In this document: piece by piece, positions 1-7,412 of the stretch | Layout of the letters: every line of letters starts with the position of its first letter | Position numbering within the stretch: the first letter of the stretch is position 1 | Virus record (IMG/VR): IMGVR_UViG_3300030098_001091 | Strand: one strand, 5' to 3' | DNA from: an uncultured virus (IMG/VR IMGVR_UViG_3300030098_001091) | Lineage: Duplodnaviria; Heunggongvirae; Uroviricota; Caudoviricetes | Length of the DNA: 20,000 nucleotides | Position numbers and translations under genes: made by a program | Notes under the pieces: generated by a model | Told to the model about the DNA's origin: nothing | Seen by the model: the letters and a program-made list of their open reading frames with translations, nothing else | Database searches by the model: none

Positions 1-948
1 GGAATAAGGATACCTACCCTCACCATCAGGTGGTCCGTCCCCTATACGGTTATTGGCAATAGGATCCCCTGTATCAATAACGTGACTATTCCACACATAA
101 TCTTGATACTCAGACCAAAGCTCAGCTTTGCCTTCACGATCTACAGCTGACGCTGTGAGGTAGGTAACATCAGCACCTTTAAAATCAACACTATAGTGCT
201 CGTTTGCCGGATACATGGATCCATCATACCTTTTCATATACTCATCTTCAGTATTCCGCCATAGAGCTGGGTCACCAATTTTTTCTAAGCTTCCCTTATG
301 TGTAGTAAATCCAGCCTCGACTTCTTTATTAAGGATAAGTGTAGACGATCCTATGTTTACTGTTTCCAATCTTTCCCTAGCTGGAATTGGGTTGGGATTA
401 AGCGTACCGTAGTTATAAGCACCCCCGTACTGGAGATATTCGTATGTCTTCCAGTCCATATTACTGGTATAATCATCCAAAGAGGCTGTTGGAATTATAG
501 TCACATCGACAGAACCAATATTATCTTCTTGTGTTAGATCATCAGTTTCTACAAATTTATAAGCCCTAAAAGCATTAGCAGGGACCGTGAAAGATGGTTC
601 ACTGGGATCATAACCATCAGGCGGCTGATCATAGTCTGTATACGTTACTGCCATACCAGTATCAATTACCAACAAGATACTAGTTTTAGCATCCACTGTT
701 AACCAACTAAAGTATACTTGGTCCAAGCCGCCGGACGGGTCAAGCTGGCTTAAACTTCCAATACCTGAAACAAACTCTGTACCATTTCTCTTATCTAAAG
801 AAGATTGGGTGGTGCAGAAAAAGTTAGTCAAAGCGTCACACTCAGTAGGCAGCCTCTTCGATGGGATCTGCCGACCAACACCACCACTAAGGGTAAAGAT
901 GGGTATTTTTACTGGAAAATATGATTGTGCTCTCGATGCCCTAGCCAT
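1..948 (-). CDS. Tail tubular protein B (T7 gp12-like nozzle), N-terminal part; continues beyond the window edge
   Basis: Absent from the ORF track, probably because its stop lies outside the window. ATG at 948 overlaps the end of tubular protein A. My translation, MARASRAQSYFPVKIPIFTLSGGVGRQIPSKRLPTECDALTNFFCTTQSSLDKRNG...TLILNKEV, follows the gp12 pattern (l.GG+.qQ....R...q.....N.......L.KR). It lies directly downstream of the gp11-like gene. Confidence 0.85.
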   Translation of the reverse strand, partial: MARASRAQSYFPVKIPIFTLSGGVGRQIPSKRLPTECDALTNFFCTTQSSLDKRNGTEFVSGIGSLSQLDPSGGLDQVYFSWLTVDAKTSILLVIDTGMAVTYTDYDQPPDGYDPSEPSFTVPANAFRAYKFVETDDLTQEDNIGSVDVTIIPTASLDDYTSNMDWKTYEYLQYGGAYNYGTLNPNPIPARERLETVNIGSSTLILNKEVEAGFTTHKGSLEKIGDPALWRNTEDEYMKRYDGSMYPANEHYSVDFKGADVTYLTASAVDREGKAELWSEYQDYVWNSHVIDTGDPIANNRIGDGPPDGEGRYPYS

Positions 949-1603
949 TGTCACTGGTCCTCCAATATCTAAACCTGTCCGGATCGTTATAGCCACTTGC
1001 TCTATTATGAATTGCTCTTAGTTTTGGGGTACCAGACCCAAAGATTGTTCTTCTCTTATCATCTACATCTGCATTCTTACCCTTAGCTGTATACAAAACC
1101 TCAAGCTCTTGTAGATACCGATCCGATTGCACATCTCCTTGGACAATCATTTGATATTGACGAGCAGCCTGAGCCATGATAGCCCTCTGTACTACAGTAT
1201 CCATATCTTCCCACACAACCTTCACAACCATTTCTACCCAGTAATCTTTGTTTTCTTCCCAAAGATCTGTTTGGTCAGTGACGTTAAACAAGTATTGGGT
1301 TGAGCCGCTAGATCTTGCTACACCTAGGATTCTATATCCATCATCATTATTATGATCTGATACTAATTCCGCAGAAAGGACATTGGACCCTAATTGAATT
1401 TGACCTGTTGCGTCCAGTCTGTATTTCTTGTTGTATGTATTATTAGCTAGACCACGGAACTGGTAATCTGTAAGCATTCTGTCAAGGACACCCTGACAAA
1501 CGCCGGTATCGATACCACCGAGATCATCGAGGTTATCTACCGTGGATTCACCTGCCATCAAAAGCATGTGATTAATAGCATCAAGCTTAGATATCATACC
1601 CAT
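941..1603 (-). CDS. Tail tubular protein A (T7 gp11-like adaptor)
   Basis: 220 aa; N-terminal SKLDAINHMLLMAGESTV motif typical of gp11 (L.A+N.+L..+GE.pv), later W++M...+QR.I...AAR+YQ; AGAGGAGG RBS; located after the capsid gene. Confidence 0.88.
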   Translation of the reverse strand: MGMISKLDAINHMLLMAGESTVDNLDDLGGIDTGVCQGVLDRMLTDYQFRGLANNTYNKKYRLDATGQIQLGSNVLSAELVSDHNNDDGYRILGVARSSGSTQYLFNVTDQTDLWEENKDYWVEMVVKVVWEDMDTVVQRAIMAQAARQYQMIVQGDVQSDRYLQELEVLYTAKGKNADVDDKRRTIFGSGTPKLRAIHNRASGYNDPDRFRYWRTSDNG

Positions 1604-1621
1604 GGTAGTCCTCCTCTATAC

Positions 1622-1876
1622 TCAAGAATAGCTAGGTCCAACTGTTAACGCTACAATATGAGTAGCATCGGTATTAGTTCCCTTAACTCGTTTAACACCA
1701 ATAGGAATTGTGGTACCTACAGGAACGGCTTTGAAAAGCACTGTCGTGCCTTCTCTTGTAATAACATTAACATCCCCAGTACCACCAATATATAGACCAT
1801 CACAAGGCAGATTGGTCTGATCGTTAGAGTCATGGGGAGTGACTGCTACCGCGTCTTTATACATCTCATAAGGCAT
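1622..1876 (-). CDS. Small beta-rich virion protein resembling the RcGTA head-spike base (Rcc01079 family)
   Basis: 84 aa; AVAVTPHDS..LP.DGLYIGGTGDVNV....GTTVLF.....G...PI.V.RV..T.T.AT.IVAL resembles the Rcc01079 pattern as I recall it (iTPsDs...l...gG.l......g..v.+....G.ilP+...RV.aTgTtAt); AGGAGAG RBS. Confidence 0.7.
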   Translation of the reverse strand: MPYEMYKDAVAVTPHDSNDQTNLPCDGLYIGGTGDVNVITREGTTVLFKAVPVGTTIPIGVKRVKGTNTDATHIVALTVGPSYS

Positions 1877-1901
1877 ATCTATCTCTCCTATGGTTAAGGG
1901 T

Positions 1902-1935
1902 AAAACCTCCCTAGGCCCGTTAAGACCTAGGGAGG
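1902..1935 (-). terminator. T7 T-phi-like intrinsic terminator after the major capsid gene
   Basis: Minus strand reads CCTCCCTAGG-TCTTAACGGG-CCTAGGGAGG-TTTT: a perfect 10-bp stem plus T-tract, 17 nt after the capsid stop. The inner segment resembles TCTAAACGGG of T7 T-phi. Confidence 0.85.
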
Positions 1936-1952
1936 GGGAAGGCTACTGACTA

Positions 1953-3191
1953 TCAGGTGGTTCCACCTAATCCCTCAGCGGGGGTGTTCAGGTAGGATGC
2001 ACCACGGAGAGCGCCTCTTTCCTGAGCCAATTCACCGGAGCCGCCATCCTTACTCATGGCTCTGCCATGAATGACAGCAGCACACTCTGGACGGAGAACA
2101 CCAGTACCGCCCATCATGCTAGCGACGGTAAAGGTCGTGTTACGACGGACATCATCCACCGTATCAACCTTCAGTCCCTGAAGCTTCAGAGCAGCAACTG
2201 CTTCTGGAAGCCACATGACGGCACGGATCTTCGCATCACCAAAGTCCTGAGCATACTTAGCTTCGCCAAGATCGGCAGCAGAAGCGTTAGCAGTAAGGAC
2301 GTGATTGCTCTTGATGATAGTACAACCCATGTACTCAAGAGTATCATGGAGCTGACCAAGACCCTGACTGTACGGAGCACCGAGGCCACCTGCGGCAGCA
2401 ACGCCACCGAACATTGGCTGGGAATCTTCGGCTGCCGAAGCAGTACGAGCGATACCAAGTGCTCTGATGTCCATAAATGCCTGCGGTGAGCAAGCCATGT
2501 ACAGACTACCATACGGAATATGAAGTTCCTGAAGATCGACAATAAACTTCTCGATTGCTTCAAGAGCTGACAGAGCACCAGTTGAGCGATCTGCCTGAGA
2601 AGAAGCTGCGTCTCCCCATGCTTCAAACTTTCTCGTCGTAGCACCACCACTGGTTAAGTGCTCACCATAACACATGGTGTCAAGCTTAGCCTCAGTGATG
2701 TCAGAACGAGGATCATTCGCAAACGGATCTGCCGTAGCAGCCCGCACAAGATACGAATAAAGCTGCTTATCTCTAGCGTTAGCCAGAGTCAGAGCAGCCT
2801 GACGAGCCAATTCTGATCTGTACTCCCACTGAGTCAGCATAAGGTCAACATTGTCCATCTCGAAGTGCGAGGCCATTGGACGCTTATCCAACGAAACCAC
2901 GAAGCTGGTAGCCGTTGAGGTACCACCAGACAGCTCTTCACCAGCATCCCAGCTAGCCTTGAGAGACACGCTTCCCGTGATGGGGAACTCGGCGGTTGTA
3001 CCGCTAGCGATTGTTCTCGAAGTAACGAGAGGCTCAAACATGTTGTATTCATCATACGCATTAATGACTTCGCCTGCCCAAATTGGGAGCCAAAGTTTAC
3101 CGGGCGGGTTAGCTGCCGAAGTACGACCGCCAACGCCTTGTGTAGAATCACGATATGTCATCGCGTTCGGATTTAAATCTGGATATGCCAT
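1953..3191 (-). CDS. Major capsid protein (T7 gp10-like, HK97 fold)
   Basis: 412 aa; LWLPIWAGEV..AY, RTIASG..AEFP..G, Y.SELARQ....LA...D, and C-terminal MMGGTGVLRPECA (compare T7 G.G.LRPE.A); AAGGAG RBS; followed by a terminator. Confidence 0.95.
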   Translation of the reverse strand: MAYPDLNPNAMTYRDSTQGVGGRTSAANPPGKLWLPIWAGEVINAYDEYNMFEPLVTSRTIASGTTAEFPITGSVSLKASWDAGEELSGGTSTATSFVVSLDKRPMASHFEMDNVDLMLTQWEYRSELARQAALTLANARDKQLYSYLVRAATADPFANDPRSDITEAKLDTMCYGEHLTSGGATTRKFEAWGDAASSQADRSTGALSALEAIEKFIVDLQELHIPYGSLYMACSPQAFMDIRALGIARTASAAEDSQPMFGGVAAAGGLGAPYSQGLGQLHDTLEYMGCTIIKSNHVLTANASAADLGEAKYAQDFGDAKIRAVMWLPEAVAALKLQGLKVDTVDDVRRNTTFTVASMMGGTGVLRPECAAVIHGRAMSKDGGSGELAQERGALRGASYLNTPAEGLGGTT

Positions 3192-3223
3192 TGCATATTC
3201 TCCTTAAATTAAAACTATTAATT

Positions 3224-3361
3224 AAAAAAGCGGATTTAATTCTTAGCTTTAGATTATTCCCGAAGGAGTCCTACACTAGCGGCTTATGCCACCTCTGACA
3301 TTACCTTGCCCTTTATCCAAAGGGGAGGCGTGGTCAACTTAGACACTTACCATAGGTCCGC
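3224..3361 (-). promoter_or_regulatory. Candidate structured RNA leader between the scaffold and capsid genes
   Basis: 176-bp non-coding gap with three hairpins (CCCTTT-GGAT-AAAGGG at 3309-3324; GTGGC-ATAA-GCCGC at 3279-3292; TCC-TTCG-GGA at 3258-3267), enclosed by GCGGA (3361-3357) and TCCGC (3234-3230), then T6. Confidence 0.5.
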
Positions 3362-3367
3362 AAAAAC

Positions 3368-4330
3368 CTAGAACGGAAGAGAATTCCAATCTGTCATGGA
3401 CATTCTTGCTTCCACCTTTTGCCTAAAAGAAGGCTCGATATTAAACCTAGGATCGTTTCTTTCAGCCTTGAATTCTCTTTGAGTACTATACGGAACCACA
3501 CCAGTCTCGCTGGCAGGAACCGAAGTAAGCTGCTGATTTTGCGCAGGCTCAGCAGCCTTCTGAGAAATCGTAGCTTGTTCATACATAGATGATAATCCAC
3601 GAAGGGTCACCTCATATGATGGCGAAGCCAGTCCTATGTTTATTGTTTGTAGTTCTTCAGCAGTCAGAGACTGTGAAGCCCAATCAAAAATCTGTTGTAA
3701 TCTTTGCTGTCCTCCAACTACGCTGGAAGCCTGAGCAAAGTTCTCACGAAGTCTAGCCTTTTGACCAGACACATAATCATCAATCATCTTTTCAGTGAAA
3801 CCAGTCTTAGTTCTAATTTCATTTCTAGTTTCTTCTGAAATTTCCCCAGTCGAGGCCATCTCCATAGCCCAAGCCTCGTAGGTTTCTTGAGTAACTCCAA
3901 CCGCCTCGGCTTCAGATGCAACTTGTTCTTCTTTAACTTGCTTCTGAATCCGCAGCTCTGGGCTGTCTTGTGTGATAGGGGCTTCAGTAGGAGCGGGGGC
4001 TGCTTCCACAGGCGGAGCTTCTTCTGGAGGAGGAGCAGAACCTTCTGCTGCATACTGCTGCTTTAGTTCAGCAATCTCTTGCTGTCCTCTAGTGTAATTA
4101 GCCTGAGCTTCCTTAAGACTAGAGAACCATGATTCAACACTCTTAAAGTTTTCAGGAATAGGTTGACCAGTGTTTTCCACATAAGTCTTAAAGGCTCGTT
4201 GCTCTGCTTCGAATTGCGGATCTTCTACCTGACCAGAAGGAAAAGTAGTTGATGCTGTTTCATTAGTCCCAACTTCTACATTATTAAGTTGAGTCCCGTC
4301 AGAGGATTGTTCAACTTGTTCATTAGCCAT
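3368..4330 (-). CDS. Capsid assembly scaffolding protein (T7 gp9-like)
   Basis: 320 aa, acidic; PENFKSVE....S..E motif, G+..+.+D.Y+.G, VGG......+.DWA...L, C-terminal DPRF..+PSFR..VE.R; immediately upstream of the capsid gene. Confidence 0.9.
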   Translation of the reverse strand: MANEQVEQSSDGTQLNNVEVGTNETASTTFPSGQVEDPQFEAEQRAFKTYVENTGQPIPENFKSVESWFSSLKEAQANYTRGQQEIAELKQQYAAEGSAPPPEEAPPVEAAPAPTEAPITQDSPELRIQKQVKEEQVASEAEAVGVTQETYEAWAMEMASTGEISEETRNEIRTKTGFTEKMIDDYVSGQKARLRENFAQASSVVGGQQRLQQIFDWASQSLTAEELQTINIGLASPSYEVTLRGLSSMYEQATISQKAAEPAQNQQLTSVPASETGVVPYSTQREFKAERNDPRFNIEPSFRQKVEARMSMTDWNSLPF

Positions 4331-4348
4331 AAATCATATTCTCCTTGT

Positions 4349-4510
4349 TTATCGTCCACCGCTGGCGGATATAAATGTCTTTGCTTTAGAGCCAGTTCTT
4401 GATGTTTTAGAAGATGCTCTAGTAGATTTGGTAATTCTGCCAGCTGTGGCACTGGTTTTAGATCTAGATCTAGCCTTAGCCTTAGCTTTTGTTTTTCTTT
4501 TCTTGGCCAT
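4349..4510 (-). CDS. 53-aa ultra-basic protamine/histone-H1-like miniprotein (not in the ORF track)
   Basis: MAKKRKTKAKAKARSRSKTSATAGRITKSTRASSKTSRTGSKAKTFISASGGR*; AAGGAG RBS 6 nt upstream; fills the gap between the LamG-like and scaffold genes; 11 K, 7 R, no D or E. Confidence 0.8.
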   Translation of the reverse strand: MAKKRKTKAKAKARSRSKTSATAGRITKSTRASSKTSRTGSKAKTFISASGGR

Positions 4511-4521
4511 GTTACTCTCCT

Positions 4522-5517
4522 TTATGCAGGAACGCCTGCTCTTGGTGGATTAGTTTTATAAGGATGTGCTGGTGATCCTGTATGGAGAGCAGCTGTTTGT
4601 GCGTATTTGTGTGCTAAATACCCCTCAATTTTCTCCATATCATCAGTACTTAAGTTACCGTGATAGAAAATTATTTCGTAAATTTCCCCTGTAAATCCAG
4701 CAACAGCATAACGGTCACTGGAAACATGCTCCCTAGCTCCTATAAAGAACTGCTGGGAATCGTCAATATCTATAACCTGAGATCCAGTAATTGCTGTATC
4801 ATCAATACTAACGGCACTTGTCTTAAGGAATTGGTTTCCGGATTTCCTACCGACTGTGAGTATAAACGGGTCGCCGCTAACATCAACCGTCGTAGCTGAT
4901 TCGGTAGCTGAGCCATTAAAATATACTTTATACCTATCTACACCTGAAACTTCTTTAACAGATAAAGCAAAGTCTCTACTATTATCAGTACATAAGATAT
5001 ATCTTTCTGCTGTCCCAATAGCACCGTGGCTTATTAACATAGAAATAGCAAAGCCGCCAGTGCCGGGGTCTAGTTCACCGTCCCCCGATTCATCTAAAGA
5101 ATATAACCAATCATTTGCGAAACTCATACCTTTGAATCCGTTAAGCTCGGACGTAAAAGTAGGAAGAGTACCCGATGCGTGTGTGTTTTCCCAAACAACC
5201 CCATTACCAGACCTATCATCTGCCTGAGCTACTATATCATCATCAGTAGACAGTGGATGAAGGTACTCAGGGGATAGCCAGCAAACTATCGCATCACCCA
5301 GCTCCGCCGGAGTCCAGATAGGACCAAGGTTTGCGTCCCACTCTGTGTCCCAATCTTCAGGAATCTTAAATCCTCTATTCTTTAGTATTTCCTCACGGAC
5401 TGAGAGGATATATTCTTTAGATCCTTTATTAAGCATAGTGGAATGATTAGCTTTTAAAATACTAGTATCATCAGTTCCTATAATTTCTAATCTTTTTAAA
5501 GGAGTTCCTATTTCCAT
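4522..5517 (-). CDS. LamG/concanavalin-A-like (glycan-binding jelly-roll) virion protein
   Basis: 331 aa; WTPA.L...+..WL, D.SGNG, P.+....NG....+.F, FFIGA, F.G.I.E+I.Y...LS..+...+EGYLAHK+, HPYK..PP motifs typical of phage LamG-like domains. Confidence 0.7.
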   Translation of the reverse strand: MEIGTPLKRLEIIGTDDTSILKANHSTMLNKGSKEYILSVREEILKNRGFKIPEDWDTEWDANLGPIWTPAELGDAIVCWLSPEYLHPLSTDDDIVAQADDRSGNGVVWENTHASGTLPTFTSELNGFKGMSFANDWLYSLDESGDGELDPGTGGFAISMLISHGAIGTAERYILCTDNSRDFALSVKEVSGVDRYKVYFNGSATESATTVDVSGDPFILTVGRKSGNQFLKTSAVSIDDTAITGSQVIDIDDSQQFFIGAREHVSSDRYAVAGFTGEIYEIIFYHGNLSTDDMEKIEGYLAHKYAQTAALHTGSPAHPYKTNPPRAGVPA

Positions 5518-5518
5518 C

Positions 5519-5728
5519 TTAAATACCCTTAGCTATAAAGTTAAATAAAGCTGTGCAAACAGCACTGAAAATAAATGTTGCCGCATATACCTTGGTATCC
5601 AGCACAGCCAGCTTGCTTTCTATCTTTGATAATCTTTTATCAATAGTACCAAGTCTTTCGTTTGATCTTTCTAGCTCATGTACGACATGAACCTTGTACT
5701 TTTCCCACCCATTATCGTTGACATCCAT
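5519..5728 (-). CDS. 69-aa coiled-coil protein with C-terminal transmembrane helix (XhlA/holin-like architecture)
   Basis: Probable start MDVNDNGWEK at 5728, 1 nt after the upstream stop; heptad pattern L..S...L..I...L..I...L..L followed by hydrophobic VYAATFIFSAVCTALFNFIA. Confidence 0.6.
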   Translation of the reverse strand: MDVNDNGWEKYKVHVVHELERSNERLGTIDKRLSKIESKLAVLDTKVYAATFIFSAVCTALFNFIAKGI

Positions 5729-5729
5729 A

Positions 5730-7409
5730 TCAAGTACCAGACGTTTGCTTGACAACAACAACGCCGGTTGTCGAACCAAGGTCAGCACCGTTGGAATTAA
5801 CAACCCACCGAATATAAGGAGCAATAGCAGAGGGGAACTCTACTTGAGCAAGCTTTAGCCCAGCAACATTAGGTTTAATGTCAGCAATAACCTCCACTGT
5901 GTCTGTCCAAGTTAGTCCATCTAAAGACTGTTCGTATCCAAGATTACAAAGAACTTCATTTACCCCACCACTAAACGATGCTCTGGGGTTTACAGAAGAA
6001 ATGTTTGGCCACGTACTGTTGTAAGTAATTTTAGAAGAATTTCCTACCGTACCCGTAGCGGTGTTCGTACAAACAATCTGATTATTAGTAGCAGCAGCTG
6101 TAATACCCGGCACGCCATTGTTAACATCGTTAATAAGCTTTGCTAAATCATAAGCTGCATATCTGGGGCTATGTGCTCCATTGAATTGACCAGCCGCGTA
6201 AGATCTGGAAGTAGCAGTTCCGCCAGTAAAGGCAGCCGGAACATTAGAACTACAGTGATCGTCAAAGGCAATACCGCCAGTAAAGGCAGCCGGAACATTT
6301 ACAGAACATACCGAATTCCAATGAGAAGCATCGTTAACAGTAATGGTTTTATTACTTGCTGCCCCGGTAGCTCCCTGAACAAGGTCTACTTTACCAGCAG
6401 ATGGGTTGGTGGCTGTGATATCTAACGATCCCTGAGCATTAATCTTAGCAACCAGATCTGCTGCTGTTCCTGTTAAGCCACCACCTGCGGCAGCAATACC
6501 ATTGACAGCAATATTACTACCGGTTACTCCATTATCTTCATTATCAATCTCAAAGACTACAGCTGTTCCATCGGTATCCGTTAAGGTTATAGTAGATCCT
6601 TCGTTAGGTTTATCTGAGAATGTAAAGGTTGCACTAGCAGCCGTGGCTGACTTAGTAATAGCTGTATTACCACCCGCACCGGGAGTACCTTGGAGGATTG
6701 TAATCTTACCATCATTAGCTGTAGAGTTATTCTCAGACTCTACGTTCGGGAACACAAGAAGCAAGTTACCGTTGGTGGAATCACCATGCCCATTTTCTGA
6801 GGTAATCGCAGCAGCAAGATTAGCAGCAGCATCGTTTGCCTTTTGAGCATCAGACGCAGCTGTGGCATCCCATTGTGCAAACTGTATCTTCCCACTTCCA
6901 TCGTCCGTGCCGTTTGGTGTTCCGACAGCAGCAGCAATATACGTCTTTGATACAAGACTTCCAGCAGGATCAGAAGCAATAAGGGTAATGGTTTGGTCAA
7001 GCTCAGCACCTTCAGTAAATTCAAACGTAGCAGCAGCAACTTCACCAGTAGTGTTTCGTGAGAAGGTTCTTACGGTGCCATCGGAAGCTGTAAAAGTAAT
7101 AGTAGGAGTAGGACTCTGGGCCGATTCCAAAGTGGTCTTACTTGTCGTTAAAGAGAACGAACTAGTAGCAGAAGTACCTACGGTACCGCTAGAAGAAAAG
7201 GCCGTCTTAACATCAACGCCCGCTAAAACAGAAACACCACCTGCGGTAGTAGTACCTTTTAACTTTGTAGTTTGGGTACTAACCTTAGCCGTAGCAATCT
7301 TATTAGTTTTAGATGCTAACGATGTAGTAGCGGGGGTCTCGAATATCGCAGTCCCCTGTGACTTTGTTTTCACAAACCCTGCGGATTGTGAGTCTGTTGT
7401 AATTGGCAT
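5730..7409 (-). CDS. 559-aa Ala/Thr/Gly-rich putative virion protein with three homologous nested modules
   Basis: AAGGAG RBS within the end of the portal gene; three copies each of TIT(F/L)...D, A..L...I(N/T) and F(T/S)GG; C-terminal EQSLDG..W...APYIRW beta-sandwich-like segment. Confidence 0.8.
   Translation of the reverse strand: MPITTDSQSAGFVKTKSQGTAIFETPATTSLASKTNKIATAKVSTQTTKLKGTTTAGGVSVLAGVDVKTAFSSSGTVGTSATSSFSLTTSKTTLESAQSPTPTITFTASDGTVRTFSRNTTGEVAAATFEFTEGAELDQTITLIASDPAGSLVSKTYIAAAVGTPNGTDDGSGKIQFAQWDATAASDAQKANDAAANLAAAITSENGHGDSTNGNLLLVFPNVESENNSTANDGKITILQGTPGAGGNTAITKSATAASATFTFSDKPNEGSTITLTDTDGTAVVFEIDNEDNGVTGSNIAVNGIAAAGGGLTGTAADLVAKINAQGSLDITATNPSAGKVDLVQGATGAASNKTITVNDASHWNSVCSVNVPAAFTGGIAFDDHCSSNVPAAFTGGTATSRSYAAGQFNGAHSPRYAAYDLAKLINDVNNGVPGITAAATNNQIVCTNTATGTVGNSSKITYNSTWPNISSVNPRASFSGGVNEVLCNLGYEQSLDGLTWTDTVEVIADIKPNVAGLKLAQVEFPSAIAPYIRWVVNSNGADLGSTTGVVVVKQTSGT
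6220..6299. repeat. Perfect 26-bp direct repeat, 2 copies (6220-6245 and 6274-6299), encoding NVPAAFTGG
   Basis: ccgccagtaaaggcagccggaacatt occurs twice, 54 bp apart and in frame. Confidence 0.95.
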
Positions 7410-7412
7410 TTA

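Noticed and set aside
1940..2050. T7 gp10B-like programmed frameshift or read-through extension of the capsid protein
   Set aside because: I found no convincing slippery heptamer near the 3' end, and the gene ends with tandem stops TGA TAG followed by a terminator.
4458..4487. Short tandem repeats (TAGATC, CTTAGC) as a regulatory element or origin
   Set aside because: They are explained by the RSRS and AKAKA codons of the 53-aa basic protein.
6220..6299. 26-bp repeat with a 28-bp spacer as a mini-CRISPR array
   Set aside because: There are only two copies, in frame within a CDS and encoding a repeated peptide, and no cas genes or leader.
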